Shown in pieces: positions 16,191-30,259 of a stretch of 64,000 nucleotides of DNA (positions within the stretch are counted from its first letter, which is position 1; each line of letters begins with the position of its first letter). A model generated the notes under the pieces. It did not search any database. It was not told where the DNA came from and saw nothing but the letters and a program-made list of their open reading frames with translations. Source of the stretch: Octopus vulgaris (lineage: Eukaryota); NCBI GenBank assembly GCA_951406725.2, contig OX597820.1, positions 5,394,001-5,458,000 of the forward strand. The letters are read 5' to 3'. Made by a program: the position numbers and the translations under genes.

Positions 16191-16705
16191 AGGTCTGTTG
16201 TGCTTTCATTTTATTGAGGTCTTCACTGGTACATTCCACCAGTACTCCTTTTTATGTATGTATGTCATAGTTCTATAGTTAAATATGATTCGGGTAAAAA
16301 TTTGTAAAATGCTATGCAAAGCTCGTCCACGGTTATTGGCTACCTGATGTCATCATACATTGGAAATATTCCTGCTACTGGATATACATGATTTCCATAG
16401 CAGCTGTGGAATTTATACAGATAAATATATAAATAATGGATAATGGAATAAACGAGATTCTTTAATCAATCTAAATAAAGTATATCCTTCATTCGATTTT
16501 CTACCATTTGTCTATATATACATTTATATGTATATGCACGTACACGTACAGACAGACACTCACACACCCACACATGTATATATGTATGTATGTATGTATA
16601 CATGAAGTTAATCCAAACATGAAAACAAAGAGAAAACACAACAACGCGAGGACGTGGAACAAGTATAGTGTTATTGGACGCTCAGGAAGGAAGGGAAGAA
16701 GGAGG

Positions 16706-16741
16706 ATTTAACGTTTCGAGCCGGAGCTCTTCGTCAGAAAC
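16706..16741 (-). ncRNA. Minimal type-I hammerhead ribozyme
   Basis: GTTT-CTGACGA-A-GAGC tccg GCTC-GAAA-CG-TT-AAAT; palindromic AACGTT stem III; lies in a ~220-bp interspersed repeat. Confidence 0.7.
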
Positions 16742-16875
16742 ATAGGAAAAGGAAAGATCCAAGGAAGGGAAGACGGAGGGAAAAAAATCGCCAACGGTAC
16801 ACACTCGGTCACATTTTGAATGTATGTATACATACATACATTCATACATGTATATATATAATACATACATACATT

Positions 16876-16906
<31 letters not shown>

Positions 16907-17547
16907 ACACACACACACACACACAGGGGCACTTGCATCCATGTATCATATGTACGTACCTTTGCAGTGGGTATGTGTTTTGGCTTGTCATTTGCTGGCC
17001 AACAATAAACACCCCATTGTTGTTCTCGTCTCTCTGGGTCTTCGTTCCGGTTTTAAGTTGAAGGTGTGTATGCATGTGAATATATGCATATCTGTGTCTA
17101 AGTGTGTGCATATTTGTGTGTGTGTGTGTATTGTATTTCTTCCTCACCTCCCCCCTCTCTCTCTGAATCTTTGTGCTTGTGTGTCTGGATGTATATTCAC
17201 GTGCGTGTGTGTGTGCTTGTGAGTATATATGTGTGTATTTATTGTTTTTTTTCATTCTCTCTGTCCCCCTGTAAGTGTTTTTATGTGTTTGTGTTTGTGT
17301 GTAAGTATATGAGAGAGAGAGAGAGAGAGACAAAAGGGGGTGAATGGGTGGTAGGCAAGTTGGGTGGGGGTGGGGGAGACGAGGTTGATGACAACAATCT
17401 GTGCCCTGTCCCTCCTTTCACGAATCGTTGACTTCATGACTGATGCCGTTTCCTGTGAAATGTTTTCTTACAACGGAACACAAACCAGACCAGGCTCTAC
17501 ACACGCACTCGCACCACCGCCGCAGCACACGCTGCAATCACCTCTAG

Positions 17548-17549
<2 letters not shown>

Positions 17550-17632
<83 letters not shown>

Positions 17633-17633
17633 T

Positions 17634-17666
<33 letters not shown>

Positions 17667-17685
17667 CACCACCACCACCACCACC

Positions 17686-17726
<41 letters not shown>

Positions 17727-17772
17727 CACCACCACTACTACTACTACTACCACCACCACCACCACCACCACC

Positions 17773-17813
<41 letters not shown>

Positions 17814-17925
17814 CACCACCACCACCACTACTACTACTAGTACTACCACTACCAACGCTACTACTAACGACGACGACTACCACTACCACTACCACCACCA
17901 CCACCACCACCACCACCACCACTAA
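17550..17925. repeat. (CTA)n/(CCA)n alternating microsatellite
   Basis: Direct. Confidence 0.95.
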
Positions 17926-18075
17926 TAATACGTACATCTATAAAGTTGTTAGGACCATCTTCCCTGTCATGCTGTATTTATCCGCCAGCGTTGAAGACCC
18001 ATTAAATTCTGTTGTTAACAATAAAACAACAAACATTGTCAAATGTCTGTCGAGATGTCGACATCCCAGTTACTA

Positions 18076-18118
<43 letters not shown>

Positions 18119-19239
18119 TAAGAGATGGTCTTTTTATGCGAGGAGTGGGGTTGGGTAGAGGCGCTTATAGTTGTACCACTTATGCATCAATAAAAATTAG
18201 CTGATTAGGTAAAAAAAAAAATTGTCTTGAAATATTTATTCTTTGAAAATGTTTCTTGGTTCTTCAACGTTTCTGAAGAATTTAAAATAAGCAGAAAAAA
18301 AAAAATTCCTGCTGTTATAAGTATCAGTTAACATATCGAAATATAAATAAATCTACTATTTGCAGTAACGCTTGAAACTCAGAAGAATTAAGAATTCCCA
18401 GAATGGTCTTCAGCTTCCAGCAATGTTCCTTGCAAAGATGGAAAATGTTTTTCTTTGGCTTATAATTATATATAATATTCTCGTTAAAATATTTGTAAAT
18501 TTTGGCACAGATAAAGTAAGCCGATCGCACCAATTTAACGCGGAATATATCCGGGTTGGTATAACTGCGCCAACATTTAGTATCTCGAGAAAGGATTTTA
18601 TGGTTCTTCCGCTGTCATTTATACCTTCTTAATGCCGTTTATCTCCAGTCACTCATTGAAGATAACGGTTTTGAATGAAGGAAAATAAGTACAAGGTCAT
18701 TGAAGCAATATCCATTTCAGCTGTGCTGCTAATTACAAAATCCTCTTCTTCTCTATGTAATACCTAGGTCTTTAGGTTGTTTTTTATTTGCCAAAATTTC
18801 TTGTGGAGACCAGTTGTTGTTGTAGTGGTTATGTTGCCCTGAACCAACTCACTGCAGGAAAACCGTATCATGTAGTTTGCTCACTGAACGCTTCAACGGG
18901 ACAAATACATTACTGCAAGGATATGTATGTGTTTACAGATCGTAGTGTACACTTTAACATGAAGTGGTTCCTTGTGGGTGTATGGGTACACGTGCGTGTA
19001 GCCATGCTCTTGTGTGTGCCCGTGTCTGTGTGTCCGTGTGTGTCAGTGTCCGTGTGCCCGTGTGTGTGTTTGTTGCGTTTCTGTTTGTGTTTTTGAGCAA
19101 CAGTCTGCCCTTAATACGTTTTCTCAGCTAATCGATGTTTCACTTCCGAGTCTGTGGCTCTTTGTGGTAGCCATGTCGAAGACAAAAAAGGGGGGAAATT
19201 TTTGAAATTGGATTGCAACATTTGCTACTTTTCTACTTT

Positions 19240-19756
19240 AGGCACAAGGCCCGAAATTTAAGAGAGAGAGGGGCCAGTCGATTAGATTGACCCCAGTACG
19301 CAGCTGATACTTGATTTATTGACCCCGAAATGATGAAAGGAAAAGCCGACCTCGGCGGAATTTGAACTCAGAACGTAAAGACAGACGCAATACCTATTTC
19401 TTTACTACCCACAAAAGGCTAAACACAGAGAGGACAAACAAGGACAGGCAAACGGATTAAGTCGATTATATCGACCCCAGTGCGTAACTGGTACTTATTT
19501 AATCGATCCCGAAAGGATGAACGATAAAGTCGACCTCGGCGGAATTTGAACTCAGAACGTAGCAGCAGACGAAATATCTATTTCTTTACTACTCGCAAGG
19601 GGCTAAACACAGAAAGGAGAAACAAGGACAGACAAACGGATTAAGTCGATTGTAAAGTCGACCTCGACGGAATTTGAACTCAGAACGTAACAGCAGACGA
19701 AATACCGCTAAGCATTTCGTCCGGCGTGCTAACGATTCTGCTAGCTCGCCGCCTTA
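19240..19756 (-). mobile_element. SINE family A with ~3 tandem body units
   Basis: Reverse complement of family A head (ends 19756) and repeated body. Confidence 0.88.
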
Positions 19757-20984
19757 GGCTGTTATATATATGATGTGTAGTGTTATGAAAGTAGTGTGGA
19801 ATGTTGTATCGGTGGTGTGGCATTTTGTGTGTATAGGGCGTGCTGTTGTAATAGCAAAACAAGGTGACCAGGATATATTTAACGAGGTATTTGATCGAGA
19901 TTCTGTTCTTTTTGCAAAACTATGGGATACTCTTCTCAAAATCTTTACACTAACATGTGTCTCGATATTCGCCGACATGGTACATTTAATCTACTTTAGA
20001 AGTAACATACTCTCTGTCTTATATGCATTCTACAAATGAAATCTAATGAACCCATTAAAAACCTGTTTATGTACGATATACAAAACCGAACATTTTTACC
20101 GAATCTGGTCTCTGATTGAATTTATCATTCAATTTTACAGTAAATTTTATTCTTTTCAAATTAAATGATTTTCTTTTTTTAGAGTGACACAATATGTTCA
20201 TAAGAAAATAATTTTGCCATAATATAATTAATTAATGATATTTTGTGGTGCAACGCTAGGATATTTTCTGGTTTGGCACTACCATTAATTGAGTGTGGCT
20301 ACCTTTAGCGGTGTTTCTTGTATCGTAAACATTTAAATCAGGCCGTGTCCCGCCTCACCCACATTTCCACCGCAGATATTCATGTATAGAGGTCCGGGCG
20401 GACACATTACAATCATGGGTGCTGCCTGTTTTACTCTGTGTTTCGGAAATATCAAACGAATCAGACAAAACTCTATGAAATATGGGACAATATTAAGTGA
20501 AATGAAGATGAGTTTGGAGACTGAAATGTAAGAGAAATATTAAGCCTGGCTCCTCATCATTTCATGGATGTGAGAGACAAGAAGCTTTTCATATTCATCT
20601 CTTTAAAACAATAATAAATAATTTTAATTAATTAATTATAGTAACGGCTCCGGTGTGTTGCGAAAACCAGTTCACTTGCACCGCGCTGTCGACAATATTT
20701 TAAATAAAGTATTCGACCAACAGATTTACAGCCCGCTTAAAGAAGTAGAAAATGATAAAATATAATTTGAAATGTCAGAACAGAAAAACTATTCTTGAGA
20801 AAAGTAAATTTATTGACACCTTCAGATTGGCAGTTGAGAAGTTGTAACCAATATACTGGATTGCAAGAGAAATCCATTCCCCGCCGCCATTTCTTTTAAT
20901 CCTTTTCAAAGCTAATTGAATTAATAAGAAAAGTATTTCTATCGTAGTCTTTTATGGCTTTCTTGTAGCTTTATTCTGCCTCCG

Positions 20985-21366
20985 GTGGAGGCACAATAGT
21001 CCGGTGGTTAGGGCAGCGGACTCGCAGTCGGGGGATCGCGGTTTCGAATTCCAGACCGGGCGTTGTGTGTGTTTATTGAACGAAAACACCTAAAGCTCTA
21101 CGAGGCTCCGGCAAGGGATGGTGGCGAACCCTGCTGTACTCTTCCACCACATCTTTCTCTCACTCTTTCTTCCTGTTTCTGTTGTACCTGTATTTCAAAG
21201 GGCCAGCTTTGTCACACTCTGTGTCACACTGAATCTCCCCTAGAACTACGTTAAGGGTACACGTGTCTGTGGAGTACTCAGTCACTTGCACATTAATTTC
21301 ACGAGCTGGTTGTTCCGTTGATCGAATCAGCTGGGACCCCCGTCGTCGTAACCGACGGAGTGCCAC
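20985..21366 (+). mobile_element. tRNA-derived SINE family C, full length
   Basis: GGAGGCACAATAGTCCGGTGGTTAGGGCAGCGGACTCGC..GGTTTCGAATTCC tRNA-like head; homologues at 54.8 kb and 60.2 kb. Confidence 0.85.
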
Positions 21367-22054
21367 GACGGGGATTCTTCCTCCATAATTTTTGTTTATT
21401 GTTTTGAAACTAGAATAAATTTTACCACTTTTCAGACATATCATGATGGAGCGCCAAGAGAGAAAACAAACAAAAGAAAAAAAACAAAAACACAAAACGA
21501 ACGAAGATATATGATAACTCAATGTTTTCAAGTAATGCATTCCACCTAATTGTAGAATATCAATGCCATGTACTCGGAGCACCTGGGGTCGCAGAGTAGC
21601 ACATCTCATTAAAAAAAAAAAAATTTCAATTTACGAACTAAAATCCCTTGAAACATATCATAGACGAAACAAAGCAAAAGTAACTTTCCACCAGCCTGCT
21701 CGCTAAGGTGTTTGGCAGTTTCGACGCCTTGAAACGGAAAGAGCATGCTTCAGTAACTTCAACAACAATTAAATACTATTTTTAAACAAGTATTACAGCA
21801 GACACGTGATGAAGTGAAATCTTAGCAAATGAAGTAACTTCTATTTGTAGTGAAATTAAATGAAACATGGTGTTCCCCTAAAAATACAGCTTTCATTAGT
21901 TACGATGAAGTTACAGAAAGAGTGCGACACAGCGGTGTCAAAGTATGTAAAGAAAGAAAAGGAAAAGGAGGGGTACACTAGTGCTTGGAAAAACCCTCTC
22001 CCCCTCTCTCTCCATATATATATATATGCATATACATTTTATCCATATTTCATA

Positions 22055-22107
<53 letters not shown>

Positions 22108-22258
22108 GAGAAAAAAATCTATCAGAAAGGATCTCTATCTCTCTTTAAAAAAATCTTTTGATAAGCATAACAAATGCGCAACCGGTAAAAAGAACTTTCA
22201 CCTAATTAAATACACTCTCCCTTACTTAAATTATTTTGTCAGCATTTTCTTCATTTCC

Positions 22259-22301
<43 letters not shown>

Positions 22302-22432
22302 GATATAGTGTATATTCATACACGTAAGAAATCCACACTTAGGGTGAGATTGAACAGATTAGATAACCACAAAAATAATAGATAAAATTCGACAGGAATA
22401 AATTTGGAAATGAAAAACATTTACCATTTAAT

Positions 22433-22510
22433 ACCCCGGACCAAATTGGTTTCTGATCTTCTTTTAGTAAGTCGGGGGAACTCGCAAGGTCTGATCTACT
22501 TCGGCGAGGT
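22433..22510 (-). ncRNA. Variant hammerhead ribozyme with extended stem II, in a Penelope-type terminal repeat (~22300-22740)
   Basis: ACCTCG-CCGAAGT-A-GATC..GATC-A-GAAA-CCAATTTGG-TC-CGGGGT; flanks homologous to 42265-42460. Confidence 0.55.
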
Positions 22511-22740
22511 CCAACCTGGGGTTAAAACGTATAAGACAGAAGACAAGGACTGCTACCTGTCTACTGTTTATACGGAGTAACTTTTCAAATTTTTCTGCGC
22601 AATCGCAGTCCTACCGTTGGCTACAATAAAGCGCCAACTTTAACCGAAAATTATCCAAAAAGTTATAATGTTCAATCATATCAAAAGTAGATTTTGATTG
22701 AATATTTTATATTTAATTAAATTCCATTTCCCTTTTGATA

Positions 22741-22778
<38 letters not shown>

Positions 22779-22798
22779 TTGTATTTATATATATATAA

Positions 22799-22832
<34 letters not shown>

Positions 22833-22850
22833 ATATAAATAAATATATAC

Positions 22851-23938
22851 ACTACCAGAGATACCCGGCGTTGCCTGTGTTACATACAATTGAAGAATTA
22901 GACTTTTCTGTTATATCTTCTGTAATGAACTGGAATATCTATGTTTCGAATTTCATCAAAATTGCAGATCAGGGTTATTTCCCTCTTTACACACCCACCA
23001 AAAAATTGTAATTGTGCCTCATGTATCCCATACTACTGATTTTTATGCGCATATTCCAAAATTCCAGTCTTACTGAACCTGTTAAAAAGATTTTGCTCCT
23101 GAAAAATGAAGGTCATGGAGCTCTAACATGTGAGAGTTAAGGCCTCTGTTGGGGGTGGGCATCTTAATGTCAACCAGAGAAGTTGAATTGTTGAGAGTCT
23201 TTTTAACTTGGGTCTCATATCTACTGTTTGAATTTCTTTGAATAGGAAATATATGTTCACTGGGTTTGTAAAAGAGAGCAAAGCTACAGGAAACTAAAAG
23301 ACGAATGATCACAATAAGCAGTCAGTTACCCAACCCTAGTCGTAACCACTCCCAATGTAGGATCTATATGTATAGAAATAAATGTATACATATACAGCTA
23401 TACTCACACACACACACACATACACATACATAGGTGCAGGTGTGGCTGCGTGGTAACAAACTTCGTTCCAAAACACATGGACCTGGGTTTAAATTTAAAT
23501 TTAAAATAATATGGGTGAGAAATTGTATGTTAATTTGATTAATATGAATTGAAAACCAGTGGTGTAGCATATAAAACCATAGTGGATCTTCTTCTAGCAA
23601 AATGGATGTCCACTGTTAATGGTTCGTCCCTCTTATGTAATAGTTTGACTTTAATCGTATCAGTATTAAAGTGAAAAGTATCTGACATTACAATAGAGAG
23701 ATGTTTTTGTTTCACTTTTGACACGTAATACTGAAATAGTGGAGAATATATGATATTGCTGTGGGCCTGCCCTAGGCAAGAAGCTAGAAGGTGTTTTTGC
23801 CCATGGCACTACATACACTCTAAGTAAGGCATGTGTAAAATTTGAATGAAATTGGTTGTGTAGTTCTCAAGTTTTAGGGATTCACACAGACAGACAGACA
23901 GACAGAGAGGCACACATTCTCAGTTTTATATATGTAGA
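22851..23938 (-). mobile_element. Non-autonomous Helitron-like element (with nested SINE-B head ~23430-23490)
   Basis: Minus strand 5' TCTACATATATAAAACTGAG..(CTGT)n; 3' GGCAACGCCGGG hairpin followed by ..GTAGT. Confidence 0.6.
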
Positions 23939-23984
23939 TAAATACATACATGCATGCATGCATACATACATACATACATATATC

Positions 23985-24016
<32 letters not shown>

Positions 24017-24467
24017 TGTATGTATGTATGTATGTATGTATGTATGTATGTATGTATGTGCAAATATATACATTCTTGATGTACTATGCAGCAACGAGTC
24101 TCCATGTCTTCGCTTGACCTGCATAGAATAGCAAATGTACCTCCGTAAAGAATCATTCTACATTTGTAAGTAGGTAAGGGCATATTGAAAAATGTAGTCC
24201 TAGATATAATACGACGTCTCGCTGAAGCATACGTTAAGGCGTGTAACTGCTGTTTAAACGACTTCATCACTTTTCCCTTTCGATCCGATCTGTCTGTCCT
24301 TCACAGTAGAGAAACAATCCATCAGATATGCAAATAGGGAAAATTAATTGGATTTCCACGTGTTTCACTGGGAAATCAAAACGTTTAGCTTCTGAATACC
24401 ATTTTTAGCTCCTCCAAGGACATTTAAAAAGAATCACATCAATTACCCCAAAGGTATTTGATATTAA

Positions 24468-24878
24468 GGGCGGCCAGCTGCCAGAATTGTTAGGAATGCT
24501 TCGCGGTATTTCGCCTGCCGTTACGTTCTGAGTTCAAATTCCGCCGAGGTCGACTTTGCCTTTCAACCTTTCGGGGTCGATGAAATAAGTACCAGTTACG
24601 CACTGGGGTCGATGTAATCGACTTAATCCGTTTGTCTGTCCTTGTTTTCCCACTCTGTGTTTAGCCCCTTGTGGGTAGTAAAGAAATAGGTATTTCGCCT
24701 GCGGTTACGTACTGAGTTCAAATTCCACCGAGGTCGACTTTGCCTATCATCTTTTTGGGGTCTATTAAATAGGTACCAGTTACGCACTGGGGTCGATGTA
24801 ATCGACTTACTCGGTTTGTCTGTCCTTGCTTGTCCTCTCTGTGCTTAGACCCTTGTGGGTAGTAAAGAAATAGGTATT
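24468..24878 (+). mobile_element. SINE family A, two body units, 16-bp TSD
   Basis: AGGTATTTGATATTAA at 24452-24467 and 24872-24887. Confidence 0.9.
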
Positions 24879-25020
24879 TGATATTAAAAGTTTCGTGATG
24901 TAACATTGAAAGATATACAGTAATCGCTCGCCACATCGCGGTTCGCTTATCGCGGTTCACCTAGCGCGGTTCATTATTTAAGCTGGCGTCGATCCTCCGT
25001 GGTGTTGTTTTGCGTTTATA

Positions 25021-25258
25021 AGGCGGCGAGCTGGCAGAATCGTTAGAACACTGGGCGAAATGCGTAGCCGTATTTCGTCTGCCGTTACGTTCTGAGCTGA
25101 AATTCCGCCGAGGTCGACTTTGCCTTTCATCCTTTCGGGGTCGATTAAATAGGTACCAGCTACGCACTGGGGTCGATATAATCGACTTACTCGGTTTGTC
25201 TGTCCTTGCTTGTCCTCTCTGTGCTTAGAACCTTGTGGGTAGTAAAGAAATAGGTATT
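25021..25258 (+). mobile_element. SINE family A copy associated with local duplication
   Basis: Intact head; body shares private variants with 24720-24878. Confidence 0.88.
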
Positions 25259-25297
25259 TGATATTAAAAGTTTCGTGATGTAACATTGAAAGATATA

Positions 25298-25581
25298 CAG
25301 TAATCGCTCGCCACATCGCGGTTCGCTTGTCGCGGTTCACCTATCGCGGTTCATTATTTAAGCTTGCGTCGATTCCTCCGTGGTGTTCTTTTGCGTTTAT
25401 AATAAAATAAATATAAACAAATTATAAAAATAATAAAAGAAAATACAAAATACACTACCGTTTCTACTTTGCAGATTTTCACCTATTTTCACCTATTTTC
25501 ACCTATTTTCACAGATTTTCACAGATTTTCACAGATTTTCACCTTTGCAGATATTCACCCGCGATATTCGAGGGATTACTG
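25298..25581. mobile_element. Tc1/mariner-superfamily (pogo/Tigger-like) MITE
   Basis: TA-CAGTAATCGCTCG ... CGAGGGATTACTG-TA terminal inverted repeats; left end duplicated at 24918-25020; internal 10-bp minisatellite ATTTTCACCT/ATTTTCACAG. Confidence 0.8.
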
Positions 25582-25829
25582 TAGTTAACTTTTAGCCATA
25601 AACAAAGCGTCAATGGGTGAGACGCATCGTAGTCTCTCAGACTGCTGGAAATGGCAGCCAAATCTCTTTTAAATAATATGGTTTTTGTCTTAAAAAAATA
25701 AAAATAAACAAAGAAATGGCACATCAGATTGTATTGTTAGAAGGACTATGTCAGAGATAAACGAGAGGAGAGTCATGGCTGGATTGTTTCTGATCGAAGA
25801 TCTATTTGACCAAAGTCCATCAAGAGTGA

Positions 25830-26082
25830 ATCATCATCACCATCATGATCATCATCATCATGATCATCATCATCATCACCATCATGATCATGATCATCAT
25901 CATCATCATCATCATTATCATCATTATCACCATCATCGTCGTCGTCGTCATCATCATAATCATTATCATCATCATCAGCAGCAGCAGCACCATCACCACC
26001 ACCACCACCACCGCCACCGCCGCCACCACCACCACCACCACCACCACCACCACCACTACCACTACCACCATCATCATCATCA
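25830..26082. repeat. (CAT)n/(CAC)n microsatellite
   Basis: Direct. Confidence 0.95.
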
Positions 26083-26159
26083 TTTGCAAAAAAGGGAAAA
26101 GATACAACAACAAATGTAATAATAAGCGTTAAGTTAATGCTCCATTTTTTTTCTCCCTC

Positions 26160-26590
26160 TTACTAGTTTCAGTCGTAAGACTGCGGCCATGCTGGAGCAT
26201 CACCTGGAAGAATTTCCCCCTAGTACTTAATTCTTTTAAGCTTGGTATTTATTTTATCGGTCTCTCATGTCGAACCGCTATGTTAGAGAGACTTAAACAC
26301 TGCAACACCGGTTATCAAGTGGTGGAACAAAGACACACACATTCATACACACACATTCACACACACACACACATATTGACACTTAAAGACACACAAGTAT
26401 ATGTGTATATATATATATATATGTTTACCACGGGCTTCTTTTAGTTTCCGTCTTCCAGATCCATTCAGAAGACTTTGGTCTGTCTGAGGCAATTGTAGAA
26501 GATACTCACGCAAAGTACCACGTAGTGGAACTGAACCCGGAACCATGTGGTTGGGAAGCAGGCAGTTTACCACTCGGCCACGCCTGTGCT
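26160..26590 (-). mobile_element. SINE family B, diverged
   Basis: Head and tail homology to other B copies. Confidence 0.8.
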
Positions 26591-27018
26591 AATTTACCCA
26601 CACTTCTCAAATGAGTTGGTGTCAGTTATTTTAGGGTTGATACCGAACCAGCATTTAGCGTAACTTCGTGACCTGAGACGATTTTCCCACCAGAGATCAG
26701 AGAGAAGAAATGTTGCCGAACATGTTTCAACACAGAAATAAAGAAACAAACAAACTATCAAACCAGCGAATAAAGGAATAAATAATAAATAATAAATAAA
26801 TAAATGGGAAAAAAAAGAAGGAAAAGAAGTGTAGGCATTTAAAAAAAAAAACTGACTGATTTCCATGTAGTTTGTGAGTTTGGCTGCAACGTTCGGAGTA
26901 ATTTCAGGCAGGGCTGAACGATTTACCAACATTTCCACTGCTGTTTCGTTGTGACCCAAACGTCATAATCATTTGATAAGAACAAATACAACAACACACA
27001 AACAAACAAACAAATTGG

Positions 27019-27054
<36 letters not shown>

Positions 27055-27427
27055 GGCTAACATCTGACTGGAGACATCGACACATTTCGGATTACAACCT
27101 GACCTTTGACTTCCATTATTCGGAGGGGGTGGGGGAATAGTTTGGCTCTCTGTGACTGCGACCTTTCGTCTCTTCTGTTTTTTTTTTTTTGCTTTTTTTT
27201 TTGTTTCCTTTTTTTTGTTACAATGTAGTCAGCCGATAATTTGATCGCTATTACAAAATACTGTTAACATATTTAGGCAAGATCTCGGATTGTATGGCAG
27301 ACGTTGTTGCTGCTGTTATTATTAATGTTATTGTTGTTGACTAGAGTGATGACGACGTTAAAGAGGAGGGAAATATGGTGACGACGAAGACGATGTTGGT
27401 ATATACATACATACACACACACATATA

Positions 27428-27479
<52 letters not shown>

Positions 27480-27744
27480 CATATATATATACATATATAT
27501 ATATATATGTTTATATACATATATATATACATACATATATATATATATATGTTTATATACATATATATATACATATATATGTATGTATGTATATATATAT
27601 AAACCTATATGTATATATATATATATACATATATATATATGTACATATATATATATATGTGTGCAAGTGTGTGTGTGTGTATGTATATATATTTTTCTAT
27701 CTATCTACCTATATATGTATGTATATATAGACATGCATACATAC

Positions 27745-27788
<44 letters not shown>

Positions 27789-27877
27789 ATGCAAGTGTGT
27801 GTGTGTATGTATATCTATTTTTCTATCTATCTACCTATATATGTATGTATATATAGACATGCATACATACATATATG

Positions 27878-27909
<32 letters not shown>

Positions 27910-28539
27910 TATGATACATGATATATGTTCCTCTTTACTCTGTAATTATCCGTCACTTTTATCACACTCCGTGTGCAGTAACTGATGACATGCGTGAAAA
28001 ATGATCTTTTTCTTTTCTTCTTTGCTTTTGTCTTCTTTCTGAGGAAGTGAAACAAATCTTCCAAAATAGTTGTTTTAGACCACGACAGACATCATTGAAA
28101 ACATTTAAACTGTTAAGTTTAATTGCAGCTTTTTTGTTTGTTTATTGTTGTTACAGTAAAATAATGAGCGCCAAAGTAAGGTGTTAATATTGAATCGAAT
28201 TCAGGCAGCGATTTTATAAAATGTTGGACAAACAACTAAAAGATTTGTCGTTTACTGATCTTCTGAGTATATCATGTTTAATTACGGTGGGAAAATAATT
28301 AGATAATTAATCCATGGTGTATTAAATAACTTGGTTACTGAGAAGGGTTGTATCACAAGTCTCTTCAGCGGCAGATACGTTCTGTATTAGTTTTCACTTA
28401 ACGATTCGGTCCTTATCGCTGTTGTTTGTGTCTTCGTAATTAAGGGTTGGACAAACTTACATCTACTTTGTCTATCTCTTTCTGCCTCTCTCTCTCCCCA
28501 TCTTTGTTTCTGTCTTTGTCTCCTTCCTCCATCTCTCTC

Positions 28540-28797
28540 TGCATCAAATCCCCGAATTGTGCAGAAGTATATATAGGTCAGACTGGAAATTCACTGTCGG
28601 AACGTTGACGTGTGCACCGACAGCAAATTAGAGACCCAGATGTCCGTCAGATACCTTTGAGTAACCATCTAGCAACATGCGGTCGGAAAATATTTATAAT
28701 GTTTCCATTCCACAAACTACGCAGTCCAAGTAAAATCGTGAGGAAAATCTGAGAAGAGAACTTTATTCATAAATTCCAACCCAAGCTAAATAAATAA
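28540..28797 (+). pseudogene. Penelope-like element GIY-YIG endonuclease C-terminus (two in-frame stops)
   Basis: Manual translation: CIKSPNCAEVYIGQTGNSLSER*RVHRQQIRDPDVRQIPLSNHLATCGRKIFIMFPFHKLRSPSKIVRKI*EENFIHKFQPKLNK*; YIG, catalytic-type R, H, E and P-LN motifs. Confidence 0.88.
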
Positions 28798-29348
28798 TAA
28801 TACTTATACTTAGAGGTACTATTTCTACTGCTACCACTAACAACAACAACAATATTAAAGGTGCTCATAATGACGATAACAGGTAAATACGAAGTCAAGA
28901 GAAAAGTCAGTAAAATTATCTTATTTTGGGGTCTAAGGTTCTACTAACATAATAACTACCACCACAACCACCACCACCACCACCGCCAGCAACAACCACA
29001 GCAACAACGACAACAATAATAAAAGAGATGATGATGGTGATGATAACTGAAATGCAAAAATCTCAGGAGATTGTTTACAACATTTCTAAAAATATCCCAA
29101 CAATTACTGCTTTGGCCAGGGTCAAAATACAGGTCAGAATACAAGTCTCTTGACACGTTCAACAAACCGTGACGCCAGGACCAAACACCAATCAACTTAA
29201 ATAATTTAGTAAAGCCGCACACTGATTGGTCAGAATACAGTTTGCAAAAATTGACATTCTAGAGCCTATACAAATGTATTTAAGGCACACAGTTTAGCCA
29301 TCTCACTACAGTTGTAAACTGTTAAACATAACTGTCACCACTACTACA

Positions 29349-29393
29349 TGAACCTGAAGATTGCATAGTTTAATGTATGAAAGTACTAGTTCA
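29349..29393 (+). ncRNA. Minimal type-I hammerhead ribozyme in the 3' terminal region of the PLE
   Basis: TGAAC-CTGAAGA-T-TGCAT agttta ATGTA-T-GAAA-GTAC-TA-GTTCA; perfect 5-bp stem I, intact core, palindromic AGTACT stem III. Confidence 0.85.
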
Positions 29394-29447
29394 GTCAGAA
29401 TGGACATTTAATATTGTATCATTTCAATATATCTTATAATAAGATAC

Positions 29448-29504
<57 letters not shown>

Positions 29505-29665
29505 GGTGAGAAAGTTGGTGTGTGAAATCACGTGGTTGGATGTATAAAAAATAGAAAAGAGTGAAAAATCTACAGAAGGCTTGTTTTATAAGGTTAAAGA
29601 ATATATTTAAGTCGTTATGTTAGAAAAATGTTATAAAATTTTGTGTATAGTAACATACTATTTGG

Positions 29666-29702
29666 AGAAATAACCGGTTTCGTGTAAACTTTTCAAATTT
29701 CT
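29666..29702 (-). ncRNA. Degenerate minimal hammerhead
   Basis: AGAAAT-TTGAAAA-GT ttac AC-GAAA-CCGG-TT-ATTTCT; 6-bp stem I, core mutated. Confidence 0.5.
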
Positions 29703-29868
29703 CAAATTTCTTTACCTACATCGTGTCATGTCTTCGTTATGAAGTGCAAAGAAGAGTTCCAGGCAGAGGAAGGTAATAAGGGATTTCTACCGGAAGAAAT
29801 CACTTCAGGTGCTTCAGGTGCTTGTCGTTAAAAATGATAGCCCACTAGAAATACTTAGCTCCCTTAGC

Positions 29869-29912
<44 letters not shown>

Positions 29913-29927
29913 GTATATATACACACG

Positions 29928-30001
<74 letters not shown>

Positions 30002-30034
30002 TATATATGTGTGTGTGTGTATATATATATATGC

Positions 30035-30152
<118 letters not shown>

Positions 30153-30217
30153 GTTTAAATACCGAGATACATATATATCCCTACCCTATCTGCTTCTCTC
30201 TTTCTATCTGCCTCTGC

Positions 30218-30259
<42 letters not shown>

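Noticed and set aside
17364-17937. Gly/Ser- and His/Tyr-rich ORFs
   Set aside because: (CTA)n/(CCA)n microsatellite
20985-21062. tRNA gene (and other tRNA-like heads)
   Set aside because: Cloverleaf is degenerate and continues directly into SINE bodies
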